Part shown: piece after piece, positions 1-9,311 of the stretch
How the letters are laid out: every line of letters begins with the position of its first letter
Numbering within the stretch: the first letter of the stretch is position 1
Assembly: GCA_016932045.1 (NCBI GenBank)
Contig: JAFGDO010000005.1
Coordinates: forward strand, 36,739-100,738
DNA: 64,000 nt
Direction: 5' to 3'
Source: Candidatus Dojkabacteria bacterium
GTDB taxonomy: Bacteria; Patescibacteriota; Dojkabacteria; JAHIVN01
The notes under the pieces: model-generated
What the model saw: the letters and a program-made list of their open reading frames with translations, nothing else
Databases searched by the model: none
What the model was told of the DNA's origin: nothing
Position numbers and translations under genes: made by a program

Positions 1-486
1 TTCTTTCTCATCAAATTCTTTAAGCACATAATCTTCACCGTGAATTTTCCTACCATTTCTATGTTCTATACCAATTCTTATTCGCGTGAAATGAACACTT
101 CCGAGATGATCTTCGACCGACTTCACTCCCCTGTGTTCACGAGGAGATTTTGCCTCTTGTATCTTGACTTTGCCTAAAGGAATATCTAAGTCATCATGTA
201 CAAGAATTAGCTCATTCTCAACATCTACCTTATACCATTTAACTACTTCGCGAACTGATAACCCGCTGTTATTCATAAAGGTCTGCGGTTTAACAAGTAT
301 TAAATCTTCTCCAACCTCATAAACAATAGAATTCTTCAATTTCTTCTCGTTTATTCCTTTTATTCTATATTTCTGCAGGAGGAAATTTATATACGCAAAC
401 CCAACATTATGCCTGGTTTTTTCATATTCCCTACCTGGATTCCCTAAACCGATAATAACTTGTCTTTTAGTTACCTTAGCTCTCAT
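1..486 (-). CDS. pth: Peptidyl-tRNA hydrolase. Partial: the start codon is at 486 and the C-terminus runs off the window edge.
   Basis: The minus-strand translation reads MRAKVTKRQVIIGLGNPGREYEKTRHNVGFAYINFLL..., matching the canonical Pth N-terminal GLGNPG...TRHN(V/A)GF signature. The frame stays open to the window edge. It is missing from the ORF track because no stop codon falls inside the window. Confidence 0.85.
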   Translation of the reverse strand, partial: MRAKVTKRQVIIGLGNPGREYEKTRHNVGFAYINFLLQKYRIKGINEKKLKNSIVYEVGEDLILVKPQTFMNNSGLSVREVVKWYKVDVENELILVHDDLDIPLGKVKIQEAKSPREHRGVKSVEDHLGSVHFTRIRIGIEHRNGRKIHGEDYVLKEFDEKE

Positions 487-529
487 ATTAGTAAACACTT
501 TAAATTATCTAACTATCCGACTATCTCCG

Positions 530-562
530 CCCGAGGCGCCTGTCTGCCGACAGGCAGAGGCA
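530..562. promoter_or_regulatory. GC-rich hairpin (GCCTGTC-TGCC-GACAGGC) between dtd and pth
   Basis: A perfect 7-bp inverted repeat with a 4-nt loop at 538-555, preceded by ccgcccgaggcg. It lies in the 106-nt dtd-pth spacer in an otherwise AT-rich region. Confidence 0.4.
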
Positions 563-592
563 AGTAGCTATGCGACTATTAAGTACCTATTT

Positions 593-1039
593 TCATCTAC
601 TATCTAATATTATCGTCACCGGTCCGTCATTATTTATCTCAACAAGCATCTTTGCTGCAAATTTTCCACTCTTTACCTTATCACTACTATAAACTTCTTT
701 CAACTTTGAAATGAATTCTTCATATAATGCTTCCGCCTGACCAGTCTCCTCAGCTTCGCCAAAAAAAGGCCTTCTTCCCTTTGAACAGTCTGCAAAAAGT
801 GTAAATTGCGAAACAACTAAGATCTCCCCGTCAACCTCAGCTAAGTCCTTATCGAACTTGTCAGACTCATTCTCAAATAATCTAAGAGCAACTACCTTCT
901 TGGTTAAAATGTCAATATCTTCTTGAGTATCTCCTGCAGCTACTCCTAGCATTAGCACATACCCAATACCAATATCCGCAATTCTTTTTCCACTCACACT
1001 AACCGATGCTGATTTTACTCTTTGTAATACAATTCTCAT
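593..1039 (-). CDS. dtd: D-aminoacyl-tRNA deacylase
   Basis: 148 aa with an MRIVLQRV start, an SQFTL motif and an NDGPVT C-terminal motif, all typical of Dtd. It sits in the gatC-gatA-dtd-pth gene string. Confidence 0.85.
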   Translation of the reverse strand: MRIVLQRVKSASVSVSGKRIADIGIGYVLMLGVAAGDTQEDIDILTKKVVALRLFENESDKFDKDLAEVDGEILVVSQFTLFADCSKGRRPFFGEAEETGQAEALYEEFISKLKEVYSSDKVKSGKFAAKMLVEINNDGPVTIILDSR

Positions 1040-1088
1040 AGCTTAAAAGTCATATCTTATAACTTAAAGCTCTTGGCTTCTTAGCTTT

Positions 1089-2576
1089 TTAGCTACTGCT
1101 TATCTGTTTAACTATCTCCGGTCTCTGCTCATGATAATCAGTTGCATTCTGGAAATGATATCCAAGTCTAAATAAAAGATCCTCACTAAACTGAGGACCA
1201 ATAATCTGCATGCCAATAGGTAATCCCGATTTACTAAATCCCGCAGGTATGGCAAGGCCCGGACATCCTGTCGGATTTAATGTGACAGTAAAGGCATCTT
1301 CAAGCCACATAGCTAAAGGATCATTTAAGTGTTCACCAACCTTAAATGCGGGTGTTGGTGCAACTGGTGCAAGTATAACATCGACTCGTTTGAATGCTTC
1401 TTCAAATTCTCTTTTTAGAATCGTCCTGACCTGCATTGCCTTCTTATAATAAGCATCATAGTAACCTGCAGAAAGCGCATAAGTACCTAGCATAATTCTT
1501 CGTTTTACTTCGTCCTCAAAGCCTTCTGCTCTTGTTTTCTCATAAAGGCCTTTTAAATCCTTAGCCTCTTTAGTCCTGTACCCAAATCTTATACCATCAT
1601 ATCTTGAAAGGTTTGCACTTACTTCACTAATAGCTGTCAGATAGTATGCTGCGATTGCATATTCGGTGTGGGGTAATGAAATTTCCTCTATATGGCACCC
1701 CATTTCATCAAATGTTTTTGCCGCCTCTCGGACGGTTGCCTCTACCTCTTTATCTATTCCTCCCTTTGGAAAGTACTCCTTTGGAATACCTATTTGAATA
1801 GAACCTATTGACTCTTTCATCCTTTCTGTATAAGAAGAGACATCAACAGGAACAGTAGTGGCATCATTTGTGTCTACACCTGCTGTTTCTTCAAGAATTA
1901 ATGCTATATCCTCCACCGATCTACCTATATGGCCAACAGTATCAAGACTCGAACCATAAGCAATTGAGCCAAACCTGCTTACTCTGCCATAAGTCACCTT
2001 AATCCCAGAAACATTACAAAAAGAGGATGGCTGACGGATCGAACCTCCAGTATCTTCTGCAATGCTAAATAGACCCATACCACAAGCCACTGCCGCAGCA
2101 CTTCCCCCACTTGATCCTCCAGGGACCCGTTTCAGATCATATGGATTTAAAGTAGTAAAGAAACCGCTATTCTCGGTAGAGCTTCCAAAACCAAAGGGAT
2201 CACAGTTTACTTTACCAACAAGAATCGCTCCTGCTTCTTTCATTCTTTTTATGACCGTGGCATCATAAGGAGGAACAAAATTTTCTAAGATTTTACTGCC
2301 TGCAGTTGTTCTTATTCCTTTTGTACAAAAAACATCCTTGGCAGAGTAGGGGATACCTTCTAAAGTCTTAAGCTCTATCTTTTTTGCTATTTTGCTGTCA
2401 ACTCTTCTTGCCTCATCCAATGCTTCATCTTCTGTTATAGTAATAAAAGCCCTAATCTTTGGATCAAGTTTCTCGATTCTTTCGAGAGAGTCCTTAACAA
2501 GCGCTGTTGCTGAAAATTCGTCTCTTTGCAGCTTATCATGTATTTCATGAATTGTAAGGTTATCTATTTGTAGCAT
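1089..2576 (-). CDS. gatA: Glutamyl-tRNA(Gln) amidotransferase subunit A
   Basis: 495 aa carrying the amidase-signature GGSSGGSAAAVA and the Ser-cisSer-Lys context. The length and N-terminal sequence match GatA. Confidence 0.9.
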   Translation of the reverse strand: MLQIDNLTIHEIHDKLQRDEFSATALVKDSLERIEKLDPKIRAFITITEDEALDEARRVDSKIAKKIELKTLEGIPYSAKDVFCTKGIRTTAGSKILENFVPPYDATVIKRMKEAGAILVGKVNCDPFGFGSSTENSGFFTTLNPYDLKRVPGGSSGGSAAAVACGMGLFSIAEDTGGSIRQPSSFCNVSGIKVTYGRVSRFGSIAYGSSLDTVGHIGRSVEDIALILEETAGVDTNDATTVPVDVSSYTERMKESIGSIQIGIPKEYFPKGGIDKEVEATVREAAKTFDEMGCHIEEISLPHTEYAIAAYYLTAISEVSANLSRYDGIRFGYRTKEAKDLKGLYEKTRAEGFEDEVKRRIMLGTYALSAGYYDAYYKKAMQVRTILKREFEEAFKRVDVILAPVAPTPAFKVGEHLNDPLAMWLEDAFTVTLNPTGCPGLAIPAGFSKSGLPIGMQIIGPQFSEDLLFRLGYHFQNATDYHEQRPEIVKQISSS

Positions 2577-2671
2577 TTCTGAAAAAACTCAATTAACTAA
2601 AAGGTCTACAGGAGCTATTAATTTATATTATTTGATCTATCTTCCATACTCGACTAGATCGATTAGGTCGT

Positions 2672-2977
2672 TTAACTTAGCGCCGCCCTTGTTTTAAAAT
2701 AGCCACCTGTTTTATCTGGGGCATTTTTAAGTGCATTCTCCTGAGTTAGGAAATCCCTTGCTTCATCCTTTCTAAATTTATTCACAAGACCTGTAACTTG
2801 ACTTGTCGGCTCTATGCCCTTTGTATCTACTTCATTTAACTTGTTGAAATACGAAACAATATCACACAATTGCTTTTGGAACTTTTTTACTTCTTCTCTT
2901 GAAAGCTTTATGCGTGCAAGTGAAGCAATATGTAAGACATCCTTTTCGGTAATGGTATTTTTACTCATTGAACTCAT
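2672..2977 (-). CDS. gatC: Aspartyl/glutamyl-tRNA amidotransferase subunit C
   Basis: 101 aa with LARIKLSREEVKKF...LNEVDTKGIEPT, matching the GatC consensus. It lies immediately upstream of gatA. Confidence 0.8.
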   Translation of the reverse strand: MSSMSKNTITEKDVLHIASLARIKLSREEVKKFQKQLCDIVSYFNKLNEVDTKGIEPTSQVTGLVNKFRKDEARDFLTQENALKNAPDKTGGYFKTRAALS

Positions 2978-3027
2978 TTACAAAAACTCAATATTTAGTT
3001 AAAAGATTATCCAATCAGCCGATTATT

Positions 3028-3055
3028 CGATTTAATCATTTAGATAATTAAATCG
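3028..3055. promoter_or_regulatory. 9-bp perfect inverted repeat (CGATTTAAT-N10-ATTAAATCG) between rpmA and gatC
   Basis: Read directly from the sequence. It lies downstream of rpmA and upstream of gatC on the minus strand, so it is a candidate terminator or operator. Confidence 0.35.
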
Positions 3056-3296
3056 TTTAGAACGTCTACGTCGGCTAAATCATATTTTAATTGAGAATTT
3101 AAAAGGAAGCAAATAGAATAAAAAGTAAAAGGCGGAAATTAGAAGGTAAAAGTTAAACAATCTGAGCATAAAAACATCCTGCTATCAACCAATGTACCAA
3201 TTTACAGTCAAGCGTCTTTCATCTAATATCTAGTATCTAGCCATACTACAATATATAGCAATAAAACATTATGACAATGAACACTTCTGAAAAAAA

Positions 3297-3563
3297 TTAC
3301 TGAGGAACTACATCTACAGCCTTCTTGCCACGCTTATTCCCAGTCATTGTTCTAAACTTAACAACACCATCTTCTATTGCATAGATAGTAAAATCTCGGC
3401 CCATTAATGTATTCTTACCGGGAAAATATTTTGTACCCTTTTGTCTTATGATTATATTTCCATTTCTTACAGACTCACCACCATGCTTCTTTAGGCCGTA
3501 TCTTTTTCCGGCTGTTTGTACACCTTGTTTTACCCCACCTGAAGCTGCCTTCTTATGTGCCAT
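3297..3563 (-). CDS. rpmA: 50S ribosomal protein L27
   Basis: 88 aa with MAHKKAASGG...RQKGTKYFPG...GRDFT, matching the L27 consensus (MAHKKG...RQRGTK.H.G.N.G.GRDHT). Confidence 0.9.
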   Translation of the reverse strand: MAHKKAASGGVKQGVQTAGKRYGLKKHGGESVRNGNIIIRQKGTKYFPGKNTLMGRDFTIYAIEDGVVKFRTMTGNKRGKKAVDVVPQ

Positions 3564-3627
3564 ATTTCAAAATAATTACTTAAATTAAAATCTCTTTAAT
3601 CGAACTAACTGTCTTGATCCAGATCAT

Positions 3628-3942
3628 TTAAATCTTTACTATCTCTATCCTTGTATACTGCTGTCTATGCCCCTTTGTCTTTCTGTATCTAGATTTTGCT
3701 TTATACTTGAAGGTTATGATCTTTTTCCCCTTAACTTGTTCAATGATTTTTACTTCAACATTTTCCCCCTTAATAGTTGGCGTACCAATGCTCACCTTCC
3801 CCTTTTTAGAAGTAAGTAAAACCTCATCAAATGTCAGTTTATCATTCTCCTTACCCTCGATTCTCTCAACTTCTAACTTATCGCTTTTACTAACCTTATA
3901 CTGACTTCCTTTAATTTTTACTATTGCATAATCTTTATCCAT
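3628..3942 (-). CDS. rplU: 50S ribosomal protein L21. The track ORF extends to 3990; the conserved N-terminus begins at the ATG at 3942.
   Basis: MDKDYAIVKIKGSQYKV...KGHRQQYTRIEI matches the L21 consensus MYAVF..GGKQ..V...GHRQ.FT.V. The rplU-rpmA gene order is preserved. Confidence 0.85.
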   Translation of the reverse strand: MDKDYAIVKIKGSQYKVSKSDKLEVERIEGKENDKLTFDEVLLTSKKGKVSIGTPTIKGENVEVKIIEQVKGKKIITFKYKAKSRYRKTKGHRQQYTRIEIVKI

Positions 3943-4000
3943 ATTTTTTATTATACTACAAAACATCAAACACTTGAAAGCCGCTAACAACTTCTACATT

Positions 4001-5443
4001 TCAGCTTTCAGATGTTATCACTAAGCTTTCCTGCATGTCAACTGTATCTTTATGCATATTTACAGCCTGTACTATACCAAGAGCAATCATAGTCACCATG
4101 ATTGAGCTGCCGCCATAACTTATGAGTGGCAAAGGAATACCTGTAATTGGGAGTATACCTATATTCATACCCATATTTATAAATACATGTATAAGTATCA
4201 TCACTGCAACCCCAAAACAAATTAGTGCTTCATAATTGCTTTGCGCAGCTTTTGCAGAAATTATAATTCTTGAAATAAGAAATGCATAAAGAACCAGCAA
4301 AAAAACTGCTCCAAGAAGCCCGAATTCTTCACAAAAAGTGGCGAAGATGAAGTCATTGTATGCTTCAGGCAGATATCTAAGTTTGCTTTGGGAACCTTGC
4401 AAAAACCCCTTCCCGAATATTCTTCCGGAACCTATTGCTATCTTAGATTGCCTTAGTTGCCACCCACTTCCAGTTGGGTCTTTCTCCGGGTTGAAGAATA
4501 TTACAATTCTCTGATTCTGTGAAAGATAATTATCCCAAGCAAATGCAATGAGATTAAATGATAAAAAGCTTAAAGCAATAATTAGAATCACAAAGGGAAA
4601 TTTCAGCCTTGATAGATAAGTAAGAATCACACCAATAATAATACTTAAGAATAATATGGCTATATCTATATTCTCTACAATAAGTGAAAAACCCACTTTA
4701 TCATAAATAAACTTTAAATTTATGAGTCCGGAAAACACATTTAAACCCATCAAAAATATGATGATAGTAGTAACTAATTTTTCTTGTTTTGGAAATGACA
4801 TAAGACAAAGAGACAAGAAAATCATCGCAGTAATAGTTGCGTTTCCTATTGCAGGTTCAACAAAAATTAAAACAACACAAATTCCACTCACTATCCCTGC
4901 AAGAGCGTAAGACAAAAATACGGGATTAAATGCAGTGAAGTTCTTAAAAAAAATAGTAATTTTCGACCTTAGATTTAATTGTTCTCCCGATCCCCAATCA
5001 ACTTCTTGAGTAAATTTTTTCTGCAGGATGTCAGCCAGTATAGAACTATTTAGGAGTATAAGAGCCACTTTTGTATACTCTGACGGCTGTATGCGGACAA
5101 ATCCCCATTCTATCCACCGTGTAGTTCCATGAATCGGATCACCCAAAAGCCAAACATACAAAAGAAGACCTACAGTAAAAACAAAAATTAATAGTTGTAT
5201 CGGTAAATACCTATAATAGATTGGATCGATATTTGAAAATGCAAAGTAAATAAAAAAACCTAAAATCACAAATACAAGCTGTCGATTAATTGTCCCAGCG
5301 CCCTCAATAGGAGTCTTTGCAGTAAAAGTTGCCGAGTAAATAACAACAAGACCAATAACGAGCAAAAAAGATATCGCCAGAGTTAAAAACCAATCATGAT
5401 TTTTAAAACCTGTTAATTTCATAGGAAGCTGTCTACTTAACAA
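4001..5443 (-). CDS. SEDS-family peptidoglycan glycosyltransferase (FtsW/RodA) with a roughly 100-aa internal insertion
   Basis: 480 aa and polytopic. It carries TRWIEWGFVRIQPSEYTK (SEDS RWI..G...QPSE motif) and a C-terminal PITGIPLPLISYGGSS block. Confidence 0.75.
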   Translation of the reverse strand: MLSRQLPMKLTGFKNHDWFLTLAISFLLVIGLVVIYSATFTAKTPIEGAGTINRQLVFVILGFFIYFAFSNIDPIYYRYLPIQLLIFVFTVGLLLYVWLLGDPIHGTTRWIEWGFVRIQPSEYTKVALILLNSSILADILQKKFTQEVDWGSGEQLNLRSKITIFFKNFTAFNPVFLSYALAGIVSGICVVLIFVEPAIGNATITAMIFLSLCLMSFPKQEKLVTTIIIFLMGLNVFSGLINLKFIYDKVGFSLIVENIDIAILFLSIIIGVILTYLSRLKFPFVILIIALSFLSFNLIAFAWDNYLSQNQRIVIFFNPEKDPTGSGWQLRQSKIAIGSGRIFGKGFLQGSQSKLRYLPEAYNDFIFATFCEEFGLLGAVFLLVLYAFLISRIIISAKAAQSNYEALICFGVAVMILIHVFINMGMNIGILPITGIPLPLISYGGSSIMVTMIALGIVQAVNMHKDTVDMQESLVITSES

Positions 5444-5502
5444 AATGTATCTATTATATTATCATCAAATAGTAATTATTTGTAGGTTACTTACAAAGGT
5501 AA

Positions 5503-6000
5503 ATGAAAAACATTGAAGTAGAAATCAGAAGCTTTATCTCAAACTTAGAATATCAAAAACTCAAAAAATTCTTTAAAGAAAACTCAAAATATATAGACAG
5601 CGACGATCAAGTAACCTATTATTATGACACAAAGCAAGATTTAAGAATCCAACTGAGTAAAAGACGTGCAAAAATATGGCTAAAGAAAGGCAACTTACAT
5701 GATGAAGCAAGAGAAGAACTTGAAGTAATAGTGAAAAGAAGTGATTTTAATAACCTAGAAAAGATATTTAGAGCAATAGGATTTAAGGTAAAGATCAAAT
5801 GGCTAAGAAGGCGACATATATTCAAATGGAAAGGAATAGACGTTTTCCTTGATCATACCAAAGGTTATGGGTACATAATTGAACTTGAAAAAATATGCTC
5901 TAAGAAAGAACAGAAAGAAACATTGATCTATCTGAAAGACAGACTAAAAGAATTAAAAATTCAATTAACACCCAAGAAAGTATTCGAAAAAAAAGTTTAA
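5503..6000 (+). CDS. CYTH-domain protein (CyaB/thiamine-triphosphatase-like triphosphate tunnel enzyme)
   Basis: 165 aa. It has an N-terminal NIEVEIRSF (ExExK/R) motif and later acidic ELEV / IIELE strands, a pattern typical of the CYTH fold. This is inferred from motifs only. Confidence 0.45.
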   Translation: MKNIEVEIRSFISNLEYQKLKKFFKENSKYIDSDDQVTYYYDTKQDLRIQLSKRRAKIWLKKGNLHDEAREELEVIVKRSDFNNLEKIFRAIGFKVKIKWLRRRHIFKWKGIDVFLDHTKGYGYIIELEKICSKKEQKETLIYLKDRLKELKIQLTPKKVFEKKV

Positions 6001-6148
6001 ATACTATGAGGAAAATTGGAGAAAAATTATTGAATGAAAATAATACTTAAAACAGACTGATCATTTTTAGCCATATACTAATAAGTCTTGCGGCCAGCCG
6101 TCAGGCACGGTAACTGAAAAACACTTAGATCATTCAAATCATCCTACA

Positions 6149-6790
6149 ATGACAAAAAAACGACGAGCAGCCCTTACACTAAAAAAGCTATACCAGAAAT
6201 ATTCAAAGTATCCTCAAACAGGACTCAAAAACTGGGAGACTCCATGGCAATTATTATTTTGTATCATTATGTCAGCACAAACAACAGATGACCAGGTAAA
6301 TGAAGTTACAAAAAAACTGTTTAAAAGATTTAGGACTCTTGAAGATTTTGCTAACTCCGATGCTGATAAAATAGGAACAGCCATAAGAAGCACGGGTTTT
6401 TACAATTCAAAAGCAAAATACTTACAGAAATCAGCTCAAATAATTTTGAAAGAATTTAAAGGTAATGTACCTAGATCAATAAAAGAATTGATAAAGCTCC
6501 CTGGGGTAGCACGCAAAACAGCAAACGTATACCAGCAGGTAATGTTTACAAGAAGCGAAGGAATTGCTGTAGATACACATGTTGCACGCATGTCGCAAAG
6601 ATTAAGGTTAACACAAGAAAAAACAGCAGTAAAAATTGAAAAGGATCTGATGAGATTATTTCCAAAAAATAGATATCATAGAATCAACCCAATATTATTT
6701 TGGCATGGAAGGACCATTTGTGTTGCCAGAAAGCCTCAATGTGAGAAGTGTGAGCTGAGTGACTTTTGCCCCAATGCGTTCAAGTACTAG
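6149..6790 (+). CDS. nth: Endonuclease III (DNA glycosylase/AP lyase)
   Basis: 213 aa with the HhH-GPD motif LPGVARKTANVY and a C-terminal 4Fe-4S Cx6Cx2Cx5C motif (CVARKPQCEKCELSDFC). Confidence 0.85.
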   Translation: MTKKRRAALTLKKLYQKYSKYPQTGLKNWETPWQLLFCIIMSAQTTDDQVNEVTKKLFKRFRTLEDFANSDADKIGTAIRSTGFYNSKAKYLQKSAQIILKEFKGNVPRSIKELIKLPGVARKTANVYQQVMFTRSEGIAVDTHVARMSQRLRLTQEKTAVKIEKDLMRLFPKNRYHRINPILFWHGRTICVARKPQCEKCELSDFCPNAFKY

Positions 6791-6825
6791 CTAATCGCTA
6801 GTCGCTGTTCGCTAATAGTTGTTTT

Positions 6826-7311
6826 TTAGAATGGCAAATCATCCGGATCTATCTTTTCCTCATCGTTATTATTTGATGATGAAGCTTTTGACTTTGATTT
6901 TTTTGAGGAAGTCTTTTGATCAGAAGGTTTAGGAGGGCCTCCCGAAGGTGAACCTTCTTCTACATATCCCTCTGTCTTTTCATATCTATCTATAAGGATT
7001 ATTCTATTTGCAACAACCTCTGTTCTGTATTGTTTTGAGCCATTCTGATCCTCCCAACTTCTTGTCTGAAGCCTCCCCTCGATATAAACTCTGGTTCCCT
7101 TTTTTGCTCTTTGCACAAATGATTCTGCCCGTTGACCCCACAAGACCACATTATGGAATTCTACCTCTTCCTTCCATTCGTCATTTTGCTGATACCGACG
7201 ATTCGTTGCAATGCTAAAATTACATACAGATGTTCCAGTACTTATGGTTCTAAGTTCAGGGTCACGGGTTAGATTACCCATAATTCTTGCATCATTTATG
7301 TCTCCAAACAT
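6826..7311 (-). CDS. ssb: Single-stranded DNA-binding protein
   Basis: 161 aa with an OB-fold N-terminus (IMGNLTRDPELR...NFSIATN...VEFHNVVLWG), a Gly/Pro/Ser-rich linker and the acidic C-terminal tail DPDDLPF. Confidence 0.85.
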   Translation of the reverse strand: MFGDINDARIMGNLTRDPELRTISTGTSVCNFSIATNRRYQQNDEWKEEVEFHNVVLWGQRAESFVQRAKKGTRVYIEGRLQTRSWEDQNGSKQYRTEVVANRIILIDRYEKTEGYVEEGSPSGGPPKPSDQKTSSKKSKSKASSSNNNDEEKIDPDDLPF

Positions 7312-7491
7312 TGATCTAATTTTAAAAATTAAAAGTCAATTTATGCAGCTTGATTTTACAGAAGTTCGACAAAAAGTAAAGTAATGAGTCATAAAGATGA
7401 AATGCCCCTAAAGCCTAGCTAAAGACTCTACAAAGATCTAGCAACACGACCATCCGGCCATCTAGCAATATAATAATATTGCACTCCGCTT

Positions 7492-8292
7492 CTAACTACT
7501 GGCACTCTCATATCGCTTGACCCCAAACTTCCAAACAATATGTGAAATAATTGTAAACCAAACAGTAGCTGCAATCGTGAATATAACAAATTTCAAATCC
7601 AATATGTTTAAAAGAGCTCTAGCGGGAATATTACATATAATTGTAGCAGGAAGAACAAATGTAAATAGAATAAGAAGAACTCCCCTTGAAAATATCTCAT
7701 ACGGGAATCGAGAAAGTCTATCTATAAAGTGAAAACTATATAGTACGGTACCTGCCTCAGTAAGCCAGAATATTAAAGTAGCGGCTATAAACTGGAAGCA
7801 GTAAACAATCCAGCATGAAACAAGTAGAAGAATAGTGAACAAAAGTATTTGTATAAAAGACAAAGAAATATTAATTTTGAATAAACAAACAATCAGTAAT
7901 GCAACCCCCTCTATGAAAATAGCAAGGCTAGTAATATCAATTTGAGATATTGATATATAAAACCTTGTATTTATTGGTAAGGCTAGAACCCTATCCAAGT
8001 CTCCACTTTTTATACTCCGAGCAAAAGAAATCAGTGACGGCCAAATAATAAGGAAAAACGCTCCTCCAGTCCAAATCTGATTGACGGCAATTAGAACTCC
8101 AATTTCATATAAATTCCATCCTGCAATTGAATTATATCTTTGAAGTAAAAATCCCATAAATAGTAGTTCTGCTGCTAACCAAGCAGAAGTAGCAATAAAG
8201 GAAAAAAGAAAGTTTAGTCTATACTGAAAATCAGTCATGAGCTCCAACCTTATCAACCTCGTAGCCACTCTTAAGTGTTTTCTAATCTTCAT
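7492..8292 (-). CDS. Polytopic membrane protein, ABC-2-type permease-like (paralogue of 8331-9170)
   Basis: 266 aa with at least 6 predicted TM helices. It ends in ...VWKFGVKRYESASS, shared with its upstream neighbour. This pattern resembles uncharacterised ABC-2 permease pairs. No ATPase gene is adjacent. Confidence 0.5.
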   Translation of the reverse strand: MKIRKHLRVATRLIRLELMTDFQYRLNFLFSFIATSAWLAAELLFMGFLLQRYNSIAGWNLYEIGVLIAVNQIWTGGAFFLIIWPSLISFARSIKSGDLDRVLALPINTRFYISISQIDITSLAIFIEGVALLIVCLFKINISLSFIQILLFTILLLVSCWIVYCFQFIAATLIFWLTEAGTVLYSFHFIDRLSRFPYEIFSRGVLLILFTFVLPATIICNIPARALLNILDLKFVIFTIAATVWFTIISHIVWKFGVKRYESASS

Positions 8293-8330
8293 AATATTAT
8301 TTAAACTTTTATAAATATATTGAACTCTAA

Positions 8331-9170
8331 CTAGATACCGACTGACTCATACCTTTTTAATCCTCTTTTCCATATCGCTACATTTGCCATTGTTAAAATT
8401 ACTATCCAGGAAACTACAATTAAGCACCCAATTATAAATTCTCTAAAAGAAACATCTCCCATTAATATTTTTGTTGGGAAAAAAATTATATAAGGAAAAG
8501 GTGTCAACATTATCACTTTGGAAAAGTAATCGGGAAGTAGATCAATCGGAATCAAAGCACCAGTAAAAAATTTTGCTGCATTTTTGATCACTGCCTGCAT
8601 TCCGCTTGATTCTTTAGTCCAAAAGGCAATAAGTCCGGCTAAAAGGAATACATTGAACCCGATAACACATGCAAGTACAAAAATAATTAGAGTGTAAAGT
8701 AAACTTTCAATTCTAAATGGTAAAAAATCCAATAGATCCGGCTTAACTATAAATATAGGAATAGCTAAAGCTACATACATAACTGTTTCCGAAAGAACCC
8801 TGGCTACATGCTGGCTGAAAAAGAAGGGTAGGGGACTAACCGGTTTAACCAGTTTATTTGAAAGTTCCCCTCGAATAACATCATCCCTTAAAGCTCTTGC
8901 TATTTGACTGCTGTAGAGCCCATCTAAAACTTGCGTAACTAGGTAATAGACTATTATTCCTGAAAGACCATAACCAATTATCTCACCGCCTTCTTCTTCA
9001 ATTCTCGTCCAGATGAAGATAAAAGCGACAACGATTGCAAGCTTAATCAAAAAACTTATTGCCAAATCCTCACGATATTCAAGGAAATTCTGAAAATTAA
9101 CTTTAAAAAACTGCCAGTATTTTTTCATAATAGATAGCCAGAGTAGGTGTAGATATGAGTTAGAGTTCAA
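8331..9170 (-). CDS. Polytopic membrane protein, ABC-2-type permease-like (paralogue of 7492-8292)
   Basis: 279 aa and multi-TM. Its C-terminus ...AIWKRGLKRYESVGI is paralogous to the downstream gene. It lies directly downstream of the giant surface-protein gene on the same strand. Confidence 0.5.
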   Translation of the reverse strand: MNSNSYLHLLWLSIMKKYWQFFKVNFQNFLEYREDLAISFLIKLAIVVAFIFIWTRIEEEGGEIIGYGLSGIIVYYLVTQVLDGLYSSQIARALRDDVIRGELSNKLVKPVSPLPFFFSQHVARVLSETVMYVALAIPIFIVKPDLLDFLPFRIESLLYTLIIFVLACVIGFNVFLLAGLIAFWTKESSGMQAVIKNAAKFFTGALIPIDLLPDYFSKVIMLTPFPYIIFFPTKILMGDVSFREFIIGCLIVVSWIVILTMANVAIWKRGLKRYESVGI

Positions 9171-9311
9171 CTATATGATAGATTTTAAAACTTTAACTAA
9201 AATGGGGCAAGGCTTGAGGCAGGAATTAAGAAGTATAAAGTTAAAGGTGCCCATCCAGCGTTCAAAATACATAGCTATCTAAATAAATAACTATGCAACA
9301 ATATCCAGCTC

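Noticed and set aside
1210-2268. Plus-strand ORFs 1210-1449 and 2062-2268 in the track
   Set aside because: They are antisense to gatA, which has unambiguous amidase-signature motifs. They are short and low-complexity.
3943-3990. 16-codon N-terminal extension of rplU in the track ORF (MLAAFKCLMFCSIIKN...)
   Set aside because: The conserved L21 N-terminus begins at the internal Met (MDKDYAIVKIKG). The extension is hydrophobic and unconserved, and is probably upstream non-coding sequence read through to an earlier ATG.
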